Translations under genes and position numbers: made by a program
From: Felis catus
Lineage: Eukaryota
Direction: 5' to 3'
NCBI RefSeq assembly: GCF_018350175.1
Contig: NC_058368.1
Span: 211,546,001 to 211,610,000 of the forward strand
Length of the DNA stretch: 64,000 bases
In this document: one piece after another, positions 61,716 to 64,000 of the stretch
Layout of the letters: each line of letters begins with the position of its first letter
Position numbering within the stretch: position 1 is the stretch's first letter
The notes under the pieces: generated by a model
Told to the model about the DNA's origin: nothing
What the model saw: only the letters and a program-made list of their open reading frames with translations
Database searches by the model: none

Positions 61716-62649
61716 GCACAATCATGCCCCTATTTACTCCCCATGGCCCAGCACCCACTCTTTCTATTCAATTTCACAAATAGCAGTAAGATTTTTCACA
61801 ACAGGGTTACAACCACCATCACCACCACCCCCCAAAAAAGAGTCATAAAACAAGTCTAAGGTGTGTAAAGGATACAATAAATTAATGAGAATGAGTTAAT
61901 GAAGCATCTCAAAGAATGGAGAGGAAAAAACCTGGGATCTCCCAGCACAGGACCACCTTTCCCAATGCAACTGTTATGCAAACACTGGTTGAAAATTATA
62001 AGAACTGGATAAGTTTTCTCACATTAAAGTCTACTATCTTACAAAAGGCCATGGAGGAAAAAAATGACACTGGTTAGGCATCATTAAGAAAAGATGATCA
62101 GATGACATCCATCAGTAATAAAACTCCCAGCCACACCTGTGAACAGGTGGGGGGCAGGGCAACCAAAACCCTCCCTGTGATGCACTCGCCCTTCTCCAAC
62201 TTTGTGCAAACCACAAGGTGAGGCCCTGAGAGCAGCATCTGCTGAGTCCTACTGATGGACAGACCAGTTCCTCCCCCTGCCAGGCCCTTACAGTCTTGAG
62301 ATCACATTCTCCAGAAAACTGGCAAGGTCCGCATCCCAGCCAGCTTAGCGTTCTCCTCTCGCGGAAGGAGAGCCGAGACCCTGCCAAATCACCTGGGAAC
62401 CTGCGGCCACGGGAAGCTGCTGGTCTTGGTGGACGGCCTTGAGCCCCCAGATATGCCCGGACCATTGGAAATAAAGTTGCGCTGACTGGGTTCCCTGGAG
62501 AAGCGCAAGCCTGGACAGACAGCCCAGGCCCCAGCCCCTGGGAGGTCACCTTATAACTTCTCCACTTCACACTGGGCTCCATCCATTCAGTCTGCTGCCT
62601 CCCCGGGCTCCGGGACCCCACCCCCACCCACAAAAGGGGAGAGATCCAC

Positions 62650-64000
62650 ACGAAAAGGAGAGCGTGAACCAGAAGGCAGCAGACGAACCCTAAAAACTGC
62701 AGAAACTTAAGCGCGGACACAAACCTGCTCAAGCCCGCAGCCAAGGGAAGGCAGGTTAGAGTGGGTACCCACCCACCTGGGCAGAGGTGGGGACAGATGG
62801 CGGGCGAGCGCCCCTAGCCCGAAGTGCCAGCTGCCGCCCCGTGTGCGCCCGAACTCCAGCATCCCGCCTCCCGGCCCTCCTAGAAGCTGAGGCGGGGAAA
62901 GGGACACGAGGAGCGAGGGGCTCTAGCAGGCCCGGTGTAGCTTCGCCTGCACCCCTGGGCCAGCCAAAGGGCTCCCTAGAGTCAGAAAAGGAACAATAGC
63001 GGAGCCTCGGTCGCCGGAGCCATCCAGAATCTCCCGCTTGCACCTTCCTCCCACCCAGCTCCTCCAAGTTCAGCGCCGAGGCGGGTCGAGCCCAGAAGCG
63101 AGGACCTGGGTGGTGGGGGAGGGTGGGGGCGCGGGGCCGCCAGGCAGGTGGGACAGGGTGCCGACTCGCCGCCCCCCCCCCCCCGGACGCCCTGCAGGGC
63201 TGGCCATTCATTCTCGCCCGCGCTCCCTCGGCCCGTCCAGCCCCGTGCCTCGCCGCTGCCGGCCTGCGAGGGGCGGTGGGGGGCAGGCAGCAGCAAAGCC
63301 CGCTCCCAACTTGGCCCGTCCCCCCCCCCCACGCTCACTCGGATCCCCACATCCTCCTCTCCCTCTGCAGACAGCGGGCGGCCGGCGGCAGACAAGGGAG
63401 TGGTGGCGGGACCCTCGCTGCCACCCCGCTAAGCCTCTCCACCGGGCGCGCCGTCCCTCGCCGGAGCCCCAGACACAAAGGCGGGGCCGCGAGCCGGCTC
63501 CCCGCTCCGGGAAGAGCCTCCCGACTCGCGGCGCCGCGCACTCACCCCATCCAGGCGGCGGCGGCAGCTCCCGGGCCGCGCTGGCTGCGCCACTCGGCCC
63601 GCCGCTTCCCCAGGAAAACGCGGCCGCCGGGCTCGCTTCCTGCTCGGCTTCCTGCGCCTCGGTCCCTCCTCCTCCCCCGCTGCGGGGGTCAGTGGGCGCC
63701 ACGGCTCCCGGGCTGGGCCGGCGGGGCGGGGGCAGCGGCAGCACCACCACGTGGCCGCCCGGCGCCGGCCCCCGCCGACCTGGATCCAGCGGGAGCGAGA
63801 AGGGAGGTGCTCGCCTCTCCCCTCCCCTTCCACCCCGCGCGGCCCCAAATTCCGCGAGTCAGGTGACCCGGCCCCGCGCTGCGGCCGGGACCCGCGGGGG
63901 GTGCTGCGGGCGTTCCCTGCGGACTTTTCGTTTTCCCGGGATCGTGGACCCTTCACCGCGGACGTGTCCCATCAGCATCACCGTCACCTGAACTTACTGG
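62650..64000. promoter_or_regulatory. CpG island / TATA-less RAI14 promoter
   Basis: Very GC-rich, CpG-dense and repeat-free, against a CpG-depleted background. Contains a GC box GGGGCGGGG (~63723-63731), an E-box CACGTG (63748-63753) and tandem ETS-type CAGGAAG motifs on the minus strand (~63636-63654). Confidence 0.92.
63546..63690 (-). other. RAI14: RAI14 non-coding exon 1 (5' boundary/TSS approximate)
   Basis: Inside the CpG island, the minus strand reads ...GCGGCCGCGTTTTCCTGGGGAAGCGGCGGG...GCCGCCGCCTGGATGGG|GTGAGT (consensus donor 63545-63540). This resembles the human RAI14 mRNA leader as I recall it. Confidence 0.8.

Larger units (their letters stand above)
39053..63545 (-). other. 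RAI14: RAI14 intron 1 (~24.5 kb, within the 5'UTR)
   Basis: GT..AG boundaries defined by the exon 1 donor and the exon 2 acceptor. Confidence 0.8.

Noticed and set aside
62112..63991. Long overlapping ORFs (210, 317, 247, 180, 175 aa) in the CpG island
   Set aside because: Stop-codon scarcity in GC-rich DNA; open in several frames on both strands with low-complexity Pro/Gly/Arg/Ala content and no recognisable domain.
1..64000. A novel multi-gene biological system
   Set aside because: The window is explained by the 5' part of one known gene plus common mammalian repeats; no second gene, intact retroelement ORF or RNA gene could be supported.

Overview
Mammalian genomic DNA from a felid (cat family), inferred from about 33 feline-type tRNA-derived CAN-SINEs (~0.2 kb each, ~11% of the window). 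The window holds the 5' end of RAI14 (ankycorbin/NORPEG) on the minus strand. It has a CpG-island promoter with non-coding exon 1 (donor GGG|GTGAGT at 63546/63545), a ~24.5 kb intron 1, an 80-nt exon 2 (39052-38973) carrying the start codon and only 12 codons (MKSLKAKFRKSD, donor GAC|GTAAGT), and >38.9 kb of intron 2. I did not see exon 3. The rest is intronic sequence with SINEs, MaLR/ERVL solo LTRs, hAT MITEs, L1/L2/MIR fragments and microsatellites. Apart from the 12 RAI14 codons, I see no support for the ORF track encoding real proteins. I found no evidence for a new multi-gene system. The most interesting details are two minimal uORFs in the RAI14 leader (one exists only after splicing), an apparently decayed orthologue of a human alternative N-terminal exon, a ~165-nt fold-back element I cannot assign to a repeat family, and repeated re-use of the same insertion site by successive SINEs. 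Repeat family names and human isoform sequences come from recall of consensus sequences, not from a search. Boundaries of old repeats are approximate.
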